Source: Eledone cirrhosa (lineage: Eukaryota). From it: a stretch of DNA of 64,000 bases. The position numbers were made by a program, and so were the translations under genes. The notes beneath the pieces were generated by a model, which saw only the letters and a list, made by a program, of their open reading frames with translations, was not told the origin of the DNA and made no database searches. Location: assembly GCA_964016885.1 (NCBI GenBank), contig OZ024742.1, positions 6,386,001-6,450,000 on the forward strand. Reading direction: 5' to 3'. Of this stretch, positions 1 to 15,000 are shown in pieces. Position 1 is the first letter of the stretch. Every line of letters starts with the position of its first letter.

Positions 1-3000
1 AAGACCTCCGTGTTGTGTGTTAAAAGCTGTCACCAGCAACAAGACCGCTGTGTTGTGTGGTAGAAGCTGTCACCAACAACAACACACCTGTGTTGTGTGT
101 TAGAAGCTGTCACCAACAACAAGACCTCTGTATTGTGTGTTAGAAGCTGTCACCAACAACACGACCTCTGTGTTGTGTGTTAGAAGCTGTCACCAACAAC
201 AAGACCTCTGTGTTGTGTGTTAGAAGCTGTGACCAACATTAAGACCTCTGTGTTGTGTGTTAGAAGCTGTCACCAACAACAAGACCTCTGTGTTGTGTGT
301 TAGAAGCTGTCACCAACATTAAGACCTCTGTGTTGTGTGTTAGAAGCTGTCACCAGCAACAAGACCTATGTGTCGTGTTAAAAGCTGTCACCAGCAACAA
401 GACCTCTGTATTGTGTGTTAGAAGCTGTCACCAACAAAAACACCTCTGTATTGTGTGTTAGAAGCTGTCACCAACAACAAGACCGCTGTGTTGTGTGTTA
501 GAAGATGTCACCAACAACAATACCGCTGTGCTGTGTGTTAGAAGCTGTCACCAACAACAAGACATGTGTTGTGTGTTAGAAGCTGTCACCAATAACAAGG
601 CCTCTGTGTTGTGTGTTAGAAGCTGTTACCAACAACAAGACCACTGTGTTGTGTGTTAGAAGCTGTCACCAACAACAAGACATGTGTTGTGTGTTAGAAG
701 CTGTCACCAACAACAAGACCGCTGTGTTGTGTGTTAGAAGCTGTCACCAACAACAATACCGCTGTGCTGTGTGTTAGAAGCTGTCACCAACAACAAGAGC
801 TCCGTGTTGTGTGTTAGAAGCTGTCACCAATAACAAGGCCTCTGTGTTGTGTGTTAGAAGCTGTCACCAACAACAAGACCACTGTGTTGTGTGTTAGAAG
901 CTGTCACCAACAACAAGACATGTGCTGTGTGTTAGAAGCTGTCACCAACAACAAGACCACTGTGTTGTGTGTTAGAAGCTGTCACCAACAAAAACACCTT
1001 TGTATTGTGTGTTAGAAGCTGTCACCAAAAACAAGACCGCTGTGTTGTGTGTTAGAAGATGTCACCAACAACAAGACTTCTGTGTTATGTGTTAGAAGCT
1101 GTCACCAACAACAACACCTCTGTAGTGTGTGTTAGAAGCTGTCACCAACAACAAGACCTCTGTATTGTGTGTTAGAAGCTGTCACCAACAACACGACCCC
1201 TGTGTTGTGTGTTAGAAGCTGTCACCATCAACAACACCTCTGTGTTGTGTGTTAGAAGCTGTCACCAACAACAAGACCTCTGTGTTGTGTGTTAGAAGCT
1301 GTCACCAACATTAAGACCTCTGTGTTGTGTATTAGAAGCTGTCACCAACAACAAGACATGTGTTGTTTGTTAGTAGCTGTCACCAACATAAGACCTCTGT
1401 GTTGTGTGTTAGAAGCTGTCACCAACAACAAGACATGTGTTGTGTGTTAGAAGCTGTCACCAACAACAAGACATGTGTTGTGTGTTAGAAGCTGTCACCA
1501 ATAACAAGGCCTCTGTGTTGTGTCTTAGAAGCTGTCACCAACAACAAGACCACTGTGTTGTGTGTTAGAAGCTGTCACCAACAACAAGACTTATGTGTTG
1601 TGTGTTAGAAGCTGTCACCAACAACAACACCTCTGTATTGTGTGTTAGAAGCTGTCACCAATAACAAGACCGCTGTGTTGTGTGTTAGAAGATGTCACCA
1701 ACAACAAGACTTCTGTGTTGTGTGTTACAAGCTGTCACCAAAAACAACACCTCTGTATTGTGTGTTAGAAGCTGTCACCAACAACAAGACCTCTGTATTG
1801 TGTGTTAGAAGCTGCCACCAACAACACGACCTCTGTGTTGTGTGTTAGAAGCTGTCCCCAACAACAAGACCTCTGTGTAGTGTGTTAGAAGCTGTCACCA
1901 CCAACAAGACCTCTGTGTTGTGTGTTAGAAGCTGTCACCAACAACAACACCTTTGTATTGTGTGTTAGAAGCTGTCACCAAAAACAAGACCGCTGTGTTG
2001 TGTGTTAGAAGATGTCACCAACAACAAGACTTCTGTGTTATGTGTTAGAAGCTGTCACCAACAACAACACCTCTGTAGTGTGTGTTAGAAGCTGTCACCA
2101 ACAACAAGACCGCTGTGTTGTGTGTTAGAAGCTGTCACCAACAACAATACCGCTGTGCTGTGTGTTAGAAGCTGTCACCAACAACAAGACATGTCTTTTG
2201 TGTTAGAAGCTGTCACCAATAACAAGTCCTCTGTGTTGTGTGTTAGAAGCTGTCACCAACAACAAGACCACTGTGTTGTGTGTTAGAAGCTGTCACCAAC
2301 AACAAGACATGTGTTGTGTGTTAGAAGCTGTCACCAACAACAAGACCACTGTGTTGTGTGTTAGAAGCTGTCACCAACAAAAACACCTTTGTATTGTGTG
2401 TTAGAAGCTGTCACCAAAAACAAGACCGCTGTGTTGTGTGTTAGAAGATGTCACCAACAACAAGACTTCTGTGTTATGTGTTAGAAGCTGTCACCAACAA
2501 CAACACCTCTGTAGTGTGTGTTAGAAGCTGTCACCAACAACAAGACCTCTGTATTGTGTGTTAGAAGCTGTCACCAACAACACGACCCCTGTGTTGTGTG
2601 TTAGAAGCTGTCACCATCAACAACACCTCTGTGTTGTGTGTTAGAAGCTGTCACCAACAACAAGACCTCTGTGTTGTGTGTTAGAAGCTGTCACCAACAT
2701 TAAGACCTCTGTGTTGTGTATTAGAAGCTGTCACCAACAACAAGACATGTGTTGTTTGTTAGTAGCTGTCACCAACATAAGACCTCTGTGTTGTGTGTTA
2801 TAAGCTGTCACCAACAACAAGACATGTGTTGTGTGTTAGAAGCTGTCACCAACAACAAGACATGTGTTGTGTGTTAGAAGCTGTCACCAATAACAAGGCC
2901 TCTGTGTTGTGTCTTAGAAGCTGTCACCAACAACAAGACCACTGTGTTGTGTGTTAGAAGCTGTCACCAACAACAACACCTCTGTGTTGTGTGTTAGAAG

Positions 3001-6000
3001 CTGTCACCAACAGCAAGATTTATGTGTTGTGTGTTAGAAGCTGTCACCAACAACAAGACCTCTATGTTGTGTGTTAGAAGCTGTCACCAACAACAAGACC
3101 TCCGTGTTGTGTGTTAAAAGCTGTCACCAGCAACAAGACCGCTGTGTTGTGTGGTAGAAGCTGTCACCAACAACAACACACCTGTGTTGTGTGTTAGAAG
3201 CTGTCACCAGCAACAAGACCTATGTGTCGTGTTAAAAGCTGTCACCAGCAACAAGACCTCTGTATTGTGTTAGAAGCTGTCACCAACAACAAGACATGTG
3301 TTGTGTGTTAGAAGCTGTCACCAACAACAACACCTCTGTATTGTGTGTTAGAAGCTGTCACCAACAACAAGACCGCTGTGTTGTGTGTTAGAAGATGTTA
3401 CCAACAAAAAGACTTCTGTGTTGTGTGTTAGAAGCTGTCACCAACAACAACACCTCTGTATTATGTGTTAGAAGCTGTCACCAACAACAAGACGTCTGTA
3501 TTGTGTGTTAGAAGCTGTCACCAACAACACGACCTCTGTGTTGTGTGTTAGAAGCTGTCACCAACAACAAGACCTCTGTGTTGTGTGTTAGAAGCTGTGA
3601 CCAACATTAAGACCTCTGTGTTGTGTGTTAGAAGCTGTCACCAACAACAAGACATGTGTTGTGTGTTAGAAGCTGTCACCAACAAAAACACCTCTGTATT
3701 GTGTGTTAGAAGCTGTCACCAACAACAAGACCGCTGTGTTGTGTGTTAGAAGATGTCACCAACAACAATACCGCTGTGCTGTGTGTTAGAAGCTGTCACC
3801 AACAACAAGACATGTGTTGTGTGTTAGAAGCTGTCACCAATAACAAGGCCTCTGTGTTGTGTGTTAGAAGCTGTCACCAACAACAAGACCACTGTGTTGT
3901 GTGTTAGAAGCTGTCACCAACAACAAGACCTCTGTATTGTGTGTTAGAAGCTGTCACCAACAACAAGACCGCTGTGTTGTGTGTTAGAAGCTGTCACCAA
4001 CAACAATACCGCTGTGCTGTGTGTTAGAAGCTGTCACCAACAACAAGACATGTGTTGTGTGTTAGAAGCTGTCACCAATAACAAGGCCTCTGTGTTGTGT
4101 GTTAGAAGCTGTCACCAACAACAAGACCACTGTGTTGTGTGTTAGAAGCTGTCACCAACAACAAGACATGTGTTGTGTGTTAGAAGCTGTCACCAACAAC
4201 AAGACCACTGTGTTGTGTGTTAGAAGCTGTCACCAACAAAAACACCTTTGTATTGTCTGTTAGAAGCTGTCACCAAAAACAAGACCGCTGTGTTGTGTGT
4301 TAGAAGATGTCACTAACAACAAGACTTCTGTGTTATGTGTTAGAAGCTGTCACCAACAACAACACCTCTGTAGTGTGTGTTAGAAGCTGTCACCAACAAC
4401 AAGACCTCTGTATTGTGTGTTAGAAGCTGTCACCAACAACACGACCCCTGTGTTGTGTGTTAGAAGCTGTCACCATCAACAACACCTCTGTGTTGTGTGT
4501 TAGAAGCTGTCACCAACAACAAGACCTCTGTGTTGTGTGTTAGAAGCTGTCACCAACATTAAGACCTCTGTGTTGTGTATTAGAAGCTGTCACCAACAAC
4601 AAGACATGTGTTGTTTGTTAGTAGCTGTCACCAACATAAGACCTCTGTGTTGTGTGTTAGAAGCTGTCACCAACAACAAGACATGTGTTGTGTGTTAGAA
4701 GCTGTCACCAACAACAAGACATGTGTTGTGTGTTAGAAGCTGTCACCAATAACAAGGCCTCTGTGTTGTGTCTTAGAAGCTGTCACCAACAACAAGACCA
4801 CTGTGTTGTGTGTTAGAAGCTGTCACCAACAACAGGACTTATGTGTTGTGTGTTAGAAGCTGTCACCAACAACAACACCTCTGTATTGTGTGTTAGAAGC
4901 TGTCACCAATAACAAGACCGCTGTGTTGTGTGTTAGAAGATGTCACCAACAACAAGACTTCTGTGTTGTGTGTTACAAGCTGTCACCAAAAACAACACCT
5001 CTGTATTGTGTGTTAGAAGCTGTCACCAACAACAAGACCTCTGTATTGTGTGTTAGAAGCTGCCACCAACAACACGACCTCTGTGTTGTGTGTTAGAAGC
5101 TGTCCCCAACAACAAGACCTCTGTGTAGTGTGTTAGAAGCTGTCACCACCAACAAGACCTCTGTGTTGTGTGTTAGAAGCTGTCACCAACAACAACACCT
5201 TTGTATTGTGTGTTAGAAGCTGTCACCAAAAACAAGACCGCTGTGTTGTGTGTTAGAAGATGTCACCAACAACAAGACTTCTGTGTTATGTGTTAGAAGC
5301 TGTCACCAACAACAACACCTCTGTAGTGTGTGTAAGAAGCTGTCACCAACAACAAGACCGCTGTGTTGTGTGTTAGAAGCTGTCACCAACAACAATACCG
5401 CTGTGCTGTGTGTTAGAAGCTGTCACCAACAACAAGACATGTGTTGTGTGTTAGAAGCTGTCACCAATAACAAGGCCTCTGTGTTGTGTGTTAGAAGCTG
5501 TCACCAACAACAAGACCACTGTGTTGTGTGTTAGAAGCTGTCACCAACAACAAGACATGTGTTGTGTGTTAGAAGCTGTCACCAACAACAAGACCACTGT
5601 GTTGTGTGTTAGAAGCTGTCACCAACAAAAACACCTTTGTATTGTGTGTTAGAAGCTGTCACCAAAAACAAGACCGCTGTGTTGTGTGTTAGAAGATGTC
5701 ACCAACAACAAGACTTCTGTGTTATGTGTTAGAAGCTGTCACCAACAACAACACCTCTGTAGTGTGTGTTAGAAGCTGTCACCAACAACAAGACCTCTGT
5801 ATTGTGTGTTAGAAGCTGTCACCAACAACACGACCCCTGTGTTGTGTGTTAGAAGCTGTCACCATCAACAACACCTCTGTGTTGTGTGTTAGAAGCTGTC
5901 ACCAACAACAAGACCTCTGTGTTGTGTGTTAGAAGCTGTCACCAACATTAAGACCTCTGTGTTGTGTATTAGAAGCTGTCACCAACAACAAGACATGTGT

Positions 6001-9000
6001 TGTTTGTTAGTAGCTGTCACCAACATAAGACCTCTGTGTTGTGTGTTAGAAGCTGTCACCAACAACAAGACATGTGTTGTGTGTTAGAAGCTGTCACCAA
6101 CAACAAGACATGTGTTGTGTGTTAGAAGCTGTCACCAATAACAAGACCGCTGTGTTGTGTCTTAGAAGCTGTCACCAACAACAAGACCACTGTGTTGTGT
6201 GTTAGAAGCTGTCACCAACAACAAGACTTATGTGTTGTGTGTTAGAAGCTGTCACCAACAACAAGACCTCTGTGTTGTGTGTTAGAAGCTGTCACCAACA
6301 TTAAGACCTCTGTGTTGTGTGTTAGAAGCTGTCACCAACAACAAGACCTCTGTGTTGTGTGTTACAAGCTGTCACCAACAACAACACCTCTGTGTTGTGT
6401 GTTAGAAGCTGTCACCAACAGCAAGATTTATGTGTTGTGTGTTAGAAGCTGTCACCAACAACAAGACCTCTATGTTGTGTGTTAGAAGCTGTCACCAACA
6501 ACAACACCTCTGTATTGTGTGTTAGAAGCTGTTACCAATAACAAGACCGCTGTGTTGTGTGTAGAAGATGTCACCAACAACAAGACTTCTGTGTTGTGTG
6601 TTACAAGCTGTCACCAAAAACAACACCTCTGTATTGTGTGTTAGAAGCTGTCACCAACAACAAGACCTCTGTATTGTGTGTTAGAAGCTGTCACCAACAA
6701 CACGACCTCTGTGTTGTGTGTTAGAAGCTGTCCCCAACAACAAGACCTCTGTGTAGTGTGTTAGAAGCTGTCACCACCAACAAGACCTCTGTGTTGTGTG
6801 TTAGAAGCTGTCACCAACAACAACACCTCTGTGTTGTGTGTTAGAAGCTGTCACCAACAGCAAGATTTATGTGTTGTGTTAGAAGCTGTCACCAACAACA
6901 AGACCTCTATGTTGTGTGTTAGAAGCTGTCACCAACAACAAGAGCTCCGTGTTGTGTGTTAGAAGCTGTCACCAGCAACAAGACCTCTGTGTCGTGTTAA
7001 AAGCTGTCACCAGCAACAAGACCTCTGTATTGTGTTAGAAGCTGTCACAAACAACAAGACATGTGTTGTGTGTTAGAAGCTGTCACCAACACCAACAACT
7101 CTGTGTTGTGTGTTAGAACCTGTCACCAACAACAAGACTTATGTGTTGTGTGTTAGAAGCTGTCACCAACAACAACAGCTCTGTATTGTGTGTTACAAGC
7201 TGTCACCAACAACAAGACCTCTGTATTGTGTGTTAGAAGCTGTCACCAACAACACGACCTCTGTGTTGTGTGTTAGAAGCTGTCACCAACAACAACACCT
7301 CTCTGTTGTGTGTTAGAAGCTGTCACCAACAACAACACCTCTGTGTTGTGTGTTAGAAGCTGTGACCAACAACAAGACATGTGTTGTGTGTTAGAAGCTG
7401 TGACCAACAAAAACACCTCTGTATTGTGTGTTAGAAGCTGTCACCAACAACAAGACCGCTGTGTTGTGTGTTAGAAGATGTCACCAACAACAAGACTTCT
7501 GTGTTGTGTGTTAGAAGCTGTCACCAACAAAAACACCTCAGTATTGTGTGTTAGAAGCTGTCACCAACAACACGACCTCTGTGTTGTGTGTTAGAAGGTG
7601 TCACCAACAACAACACCTCTGTGTTGTGTGTTAGAAGCTGTCACCAACAACAAGACCTCTGTGTTGTGTGTTAGAAGCTGTCACCAACATTAAGACCTCT
7701 GTGTTGTGTGTTAGAAGCTGTCCCCAACAACAAGACCTCTGTGTAGTGTGTTAGAAGCTGTCACCACCAACAAGACCTCTGTGTTGTGTGTTAGAAGCTG
7801 TCACCAAAAACAACACCTTTGTATTGTGTGTTAGAAGCTGTCACCAAAAACAAGACCGCTGTGTTGTGTGTTAGAAGATGTCACCAACAACAAGACTTCT
7901 GTGTTGTGTGTTAGAAGCTGTCACCAACAACAAGATATGTGTTGTGTGTTAGAAGCTGTCACCAACAACAAGACCGCTGTGTTGTGTGTTAGAAGCTGTC
8001 ACCAACAACAAGATCTCCGTGTTGTGTGTTAAAAGCTGTCACCAGCGTCAAAGCCGCTGTGTTGTGTGGTAGAAGCTGTCACCAACAACAACACATCTGT
8101 GTTGTGTGTTAGAAGCTGTCACCAGCAACAAGACCTCTGTGTCGTGTTAAAAGCTGTCACCAGCAACAAGACCTCTGTATTGTGTTAGAAGCTGTCACCA
8201 ACAACAAGACTTATGTGTTGTGTGTTAGAAGCTGTCACCAACAACAACACCTCTGTATTGTGTGTTAGAAGCTGTCACCAACAACAAGACCTCTGTGTTC
8301 TCTGTTAGAAGATGTTACCAACAAAAAGACTTCTGTGTTGTGTGTTAGAAGCTGCCACCAACAACAACACCTCTGTATTGTGTGTTAGAAGCTGTCACCA
8401 ACAACAAGACCTCTGTATTGTGTGTTAGAAGCTGTCACCAACAACAAGACCTCTGTGTTGTGTGTTAGAAGCTGTCACCAACAACAACACCTCTCTGTTG
8501 TGTGTTAGAAGCTGTCACCAACAACAAGACCTCTGTGTTGTGTGTTAGAAGCTGTGACCAACATTAAGACCTCTGTGTTGTGTGTTAGAAGCTGTCACCA
8601 ACAACAAGACATGTGTTGTGTGTTAGAAGCTGTCACCAACAACAAGACATGTGTTGTGTGTTAGAAGCTGTCACCAATAACAAGGCCTCTGTGTTGTGTC
8701 TTAGAAGCTGTCACCAACAACAAGACCACTGTGTTGTGTGTTAGAAGCTGTCACCAACAACAGGACTTATGTGTTGTGTGTTAGAAGCTGTCACCAACAA
8801 CAACACCTCTGTATTGTGTGTTAGAAGCTGTCACCAATAACAAGACCGCTGTGTTGTGTGTTAGAAGATGTCACCAACAACAAGACTTCTGTGTTGTGTG
8901 TTACAAGCTGTCACCAAAAACAACACCTCTGTATTGTGTGTTAGAAGCTGTCACCAACAACAAGACCTCTGTATTGTGTGTTAGAAGCTGCCACCAACAA

Positions 9001-12000
9001 CACGACCTCTGTGTTGTGTGTTAGAAGCTGTCCCCAACAACAAGACCTCTGTGTAGTGTGTTAGAAGCTGTCACCACCAACAAGACCTCTGTGTTGTGTG
9101 TTAGAAGCTGTCACCAACAACAACACCTTTGTATTGTGTGTTAGAAGCTGTCACCAAAAACAAGACCGCTGTGTTGTGTGTTAGAAGATGTCACCAACAA
9201 CAAGACTTCTGTGTTATGTGTTAGAAGCTGTCACCAACAACAACACTTCTGTAGTGTGTGTAAGAAGCTGTCACCAACAACAAGACCGCTGTGTTGTGTG
9301 TTAGAAGCTGTCACCAACAACAATACCGCTGTGCTGTGTGTTAGAAGCTGTCACCAACAACAAGACATGTGTTGTGTGTTAGAAGCTGTCACCAATAACA
9401 AGGCCTCTGTGTTGTGTGTTAGAAGCTGTCACCAACAACAAGACCACTGTGTTGTGTGTTAGAAGCTGTCACCAACAACAAGACATGTGTTGTGTGTTAG
9501 AAGCTGTCACCAACAACAAGACCACTGTGTTGTGTGTTAGAAGCTGTCACCAACAAAAACACCTTTGTATTGTGTGTTAGAAGCTGTCACCAAAAACAAG
9601 ACCGCTGTGTTGTGTGTTAGAAGATGTCACCAACAACAAGACTTCTGTGTTATGTGTTAGAAGCTGTCACCAACAACAACACCTCTGTAGTGTGTGTTAG
9701 AAGCTGTCACCAACAACAAGACCTCTGTATTGTGTGTTAGAAGCTGTCACCAACAACACGACCCCTGTGTTGTGTGTTAGAAGCTGTCACCATCAACAAC
9801 ACCTCTGTGTTGTGTGTTAGAAGCTGTCACCAACAACAAGACCTCTGTGTTGTGTGTTAGAAGCTGTCACCAACATTAAGACCTCTGTGTTGTGTATTAG
9901 AAGCTGTCACCAACAACAAGACATGTGTTGTTTGTTAGTAGCTGTCACCAACATAAGACCTCTGTGTTGTGTGTTAGAAGCTGTCACCAACAACAAGACA
10001 TGTGTTGTGTGTTAGAAGCTGTCACCAACAACAAGACATGTGTTGTGTGTTAGAAGCTGTCAGCAATAACAAGGCCTCTGTGTTGTGTCTTAGAAGCTGT
10101 CACCAACAACAAGACCACTGTGTTGTGTGTTAGAAGCTGTCACCAACAACAAGACTTATGTGTTGTGTGTTAGAAGCTGTCACCAACAACAAGACCTCTG
10201 TGTTGTGTGTTAGAAGCTGTCACCAACATTAAGACCTCTGTGTTGTGTGTTAGAAGCTGTCACCAACAACAAGACCTCTGTGTTGTGTGTTAGAAGCTGT
10301 CACCAACAACAACACCTCTGTGTTGTGTGTTAGAAGCTGTCACCAACAGCAAGATTTATGTGTTGTGTGTTAGAAGCTGTCACCAACAACAAGACCTCTA
10401 TGTTGTGTGTTAGAAGCTGTCACCAACAACAACACCTCTGTATTGTGTGTTAGAAGCTGTCACCAATAACAAGACCGCTGTGTTGTGTGTTAGAAGATGT
10501 CACCAACAACAAGACTTCTGTGTTGTGTGTTACAAGCTGTCACCAAAAACAACACCTCTGTATTGTGTGTTAGAAGCTGTCACCAACAACAAGACCTCTG
10601 TATTGTGTGTTAGAAGCTGTCACCAACAACACGACCTCTGTGTTGTGTGTTAGAAGCTGTCCCCAACAACAAGACCTCTGTGTTGTGTGTTAGAAGCTGT
10701 CACCAACAACAACACCTTTGTATTGTGTGTTAGAAGCTGTCACCAAAAACAAGACCGCTGTGTTGTGTGTTAGAAGATGTCACCAACAACAAGACTTCTG
10801 TGTTATGTGTTAGAAGCTGTCACCAACAACAACACCTCTGTAGTGTGTGTTAGAAGCTGTCACCAACAACAAGACCGCTGTGTTGTGTGTTAGAAGCTGT
10901 CACCAACAACAATACCGCTGTGCTGTGTGTTAGAAGCTGTCACCAACAACAAGACATGTGTTGTGTGTTAGAAGCTGTCACCAATAACAAGGCCTCTGTG
11001 TTGTGTGTTAGAAGCTGTCACCAACAACAAGACCACGGTGTTGTGTGTTAGAAGCTGTCACCAACAACAAGACATGTGTTGTGTGTTAGAAGCTGTCACC
11101 AACAACAAGACCTCTGTATTGTGTGTTAGAAGCTGTCACCAACAAAAACACCTTTGTATTGTGTGTTAGAAGCTGTCACCAAAAACAAGACCGCTGTGTT
11201 GTGTGTTAGAAGATGTCACCAACAACAAGACTTCTGTGTTATGTGTTAGAATCTGTCACCAACAACAACACCTCTGTAGTGTGTGTTAGAAGCTGTCACC
11301 AACAACAAGACCTCTGTATTGTGTGTTAGAAGCTGTCACCAACAACACGACCCCTGTGTTGTGTGTTAGAAGCTGTCACCATCAACAACACCTCTGTGTT
11401 GTGTGTTAGAAGCTGTCACCAACAACAAGACCTCTGTGTTGTGTGTTAGAAGCTGTCACCAACATTAAGACCTCTGTGTTGTGTATTAGAAGCTGTCACC
11501 AACAACAAGACATGTGTTGTTTGTTAGTAGCTGTCACAAACATAAGACCTCTGTGTTGTGTGTTAGAAGCTGTCACCAACAACAAGACATGTGTTGTGTG
11601 TTAGAAGCTGTCACCAACAACAAGACATGTGTTGTGTGTTAGAAGCTGTCACCAATAACAAGGCCTCTGTGTTGTGTCTTAGAAGCTGTCACCAACAACA
11701 AGACCACTGTGTTGTGTGTTAGAAGCTGTCACCAACAACAAGACTTATGTGTTGTGTGTTAGAAGCTGTCACCAACAACAACACCTCTGTATTGTGTGTT
11801 AGAAGCTGTCACCGATAACAAGACCGCTGTGTTGTGTGTTAGAAGATGTCACCAACAACAAGACTTCTGTGTTGTGTGTTACAAGCTGTCACCAAAAACA
11901 ACACCTCTGTATTGTGTGTTAGAAGCTGTCACCAACAACAAGACCTCTGTATTGTGTGTTAGAAGCTGTCACCAACAACACGACCTCTGTGTTGTGTGTT

Positions 12001-15000
12001 AGAAGCTGTCCCCAACAACAAGACCTCTGTGTAGTGTGTTAGAAGCTGTCACCACCAACAAGACCTCTGTGTTGTGTGTTAGAAGCTGTCACCAACAACA
12101 ACACCTCTGTGTTGTGTGTTAGAAGCTGTCACCAACAGCAAGATTTATGTGTTGTGTTAGAAGCTGTCACCAACAACAAGACCTCTATGTTGTGTGTTAG
12201 AAGCTGTCACCAACAACAAGAGCTCCGTGTTGTGTGTTAGAAGCTGTCACCAGCAACAAGACCTCTGTGTCGTGTTAAAAGCTGTCACCAGCAACAAGAC
12301 CTCTGTATTGTGTTAGAAGCTGTCACAAACAACAAGACATGTGTTGTGTGTTAGAAGCTGTCACCAACACCAACAACTCTGTGTTGTGTGTTAGAACCTG
12401 TCACCAACAACAAGACTTATGTGTTGTGTGTTAGAAGCTGTCACCAACAACAACACCTCTGTATTGTGTGTTACAAGCTGTCACCAACAACAAGACCTCT
12501 GTATTGTGTGTTAGAAGCTGTCACCAACAACACGACCTCTGTGTTGTGTGTTAGAAGCTGTCCCCAACAACAAGACCTCTGTGTAGTGTGTTAGAAGCTG
12601 TCACCACCAACAAGACCTCTGTGTTGTGTGTTAGAAGCTGTCACCAACAACAACACCTCTGTGTTGTGTGTTAGAAGCTGTCACCAACAGCAAGATTTAT
12701 GTGTTGTGTTAGAAGCTGTCACCAACAACAAGACCTCTATGTTGTGTGTTAGAAGCTGTCACCAACAACAAGAGCTCCGTGTTGTGTGTTAGAAGCTGTC
12801 ACCAGCAACAAGACCTCTGTGTCGTGTTAAAAGCTGTCACCAGCAACAAGACCTCTGTATTGTGTTAGAAGCTGTCACAAACAACAAGACATGTGTTGTG
12901 TGTTAGAAGCTGTCACCAACACCAACAACTCTGTGTTGTGTGTTAGAACCTGTCACCAACAACAAGACTTATGTGTTGTGTGTTAGAAGCTGTCACCAAC
13001 AACAACAGCTCTGTATTGTGTGTTACAAGCTGTCACCAACAACAAGACCTCTGTATTGTGTGTTAGAAGCTGTCACCAACAACACGACCTCTGTGTTGTG
13101 TGTTAGAAGCTGTCACCAACAACAACACCTCTGTGTTGTGTGTTAGAAGCTGTGACCAACAACAAGACATGTGTTGTGTGTTAGAAGCTGTGACCAACAA
13201 AAACACCTCTGTATTGTGTGTTAGAAGCTGTCACCAACAACAAGACCGCTGTGTTGTGTGTTAGAAGATGTCACCAACAACAAGACTTCTGTGTTGTGTG
13301 TTAGAAGCTGTCACCAACAAAAACACCTCAGTATTGTGTGTTAGAAGCTGTCACCAACAACACGACCTCTGTGTTGTGTGTTAGAAGGTGTCACCAACAA
13401 CAACACCTCTGTGTTGTGTGTTAGAAGCTGTCACCAACAACAAGACCTCTGTGTTGTGTGTTAGAAGCTGTCACCAACATTAAGACCTCTGTGTTGTGTG
13501 TTAGAAGCTGTCACCAACAACAAGATATGTGTTGTGTGTTAGAAGCTGTCACCAACAACAAGACTTCTGTGTTGTGTGTTACAAGCTGTCACCAAAAACA
13601 ACACCTCTGTATTGTGTGTTAGAAGCTGTCACCAACAACAAGACCTCTGTATTGTGTGTTAGAAGCTGTCACCAACAACACGACCTCTGTGTTGTGTGTT
13701 AGAAGCTGTCCCCAACAACAAGACCTCTGTGTAGTGTGTTAGAAGCTGTCACCACCAACAAGACCTCTGTGTTGTGTGTTAGAAGCTGTCACCAAAAACA
13801 ACACCTTTGTATTGTGTGTTAGAAGCTGTCACCAAAAACAAGACCGCTGTGTTGTGTGTTAGAAGATGTCACCAACAACAAGACTTCTGTGTTGTGTGTT
13901 AGAAGCTGTCACCAACAACAAGATATGTGTTGTGTGTTAGAAGCTGTCACCAACAACAAGACCGCTGTGTTGTGTGTTAGAAGCTGTCACCAACAACAAG
14001 ATCTCCGTGTTGTGTGTTAAAAGCTGTCACCAGCGTCAAAGCCGCTGTGTTGTGTGGTAGAAGCTGTCACCAACAACAACACATCTGTGTTGTGTGTTAG
14101 AAGCTGTCACCAGCAACAAGACCTCTGTGTCGTGTTAAAAGCTGTCACCAGCAACAAGACCTCTGTATTGTGTTAGAAGCTGTCACCAACAACAAGACTT
14201 ATGTGTTGTGTGTTAGAAGCTGTCACCAACAACAACACCTCTGTATTGTGTGTTAGAAGCTGTCACCAACAACAAGACCTCTGTGTTCTGTGTTAGAAGA
14301 TGTTACCAACAAAAAGACTTCTGTGTTGTGTGTTAGAAGCTGCCACCAACAACAACACCTCTGTATTGTGTGTTAGAAGCTGTCACCAACAACAAGACCT
14401 CTGTATTGTGTGTTAGAAGCTGTCACCAACAACACGACCTCTGTGTTGTGTGTTAGAAGCTGTCACCAACAACAACACCTCTCTGTTGTGTGTTAGAAGC
14501 TGTCACCAACAACAAGACCTCTGTGTTGTGTGTTACAAGCTGTGACCAACATTAAGACCTCTGTGTTGTGTGTTAGAAGCTGTCACCAACAACAAGACAT
14601 GTGTTGTGTGTTAGAAGCTGTCACCAACAAAAACACCTCTGTATTGTGTGTTAGAAGCTGTCACCAACAACAAGACTTCTGTGTTGTGTGTTAGAAGCTG
14701 TCACCAACAACAACACCTCTGTATTGTGTGTTAGAAGCTGTCACCAACAACAACAACTCTGTATTGTGTGTTAGAAGCTGTCACCAACAACACGACCTCT
14801 GTGTTGTGTGTTAGAAGCTGTCACCAACAACAAGACCTCTGTGTTGTGTGTTAGAAGCTGTCACCAACAACAAGACCTCTGTGTTGTGTGTTAGAAGCTG
14901 TCACCAACATTAAGACCTCTGTGTTGTGTGTTAGAAGCTGTCACCAACAACAAGACCTCTGTGTTGTGTGTTAGAAGATGTCACCAACAACAAGACTTCT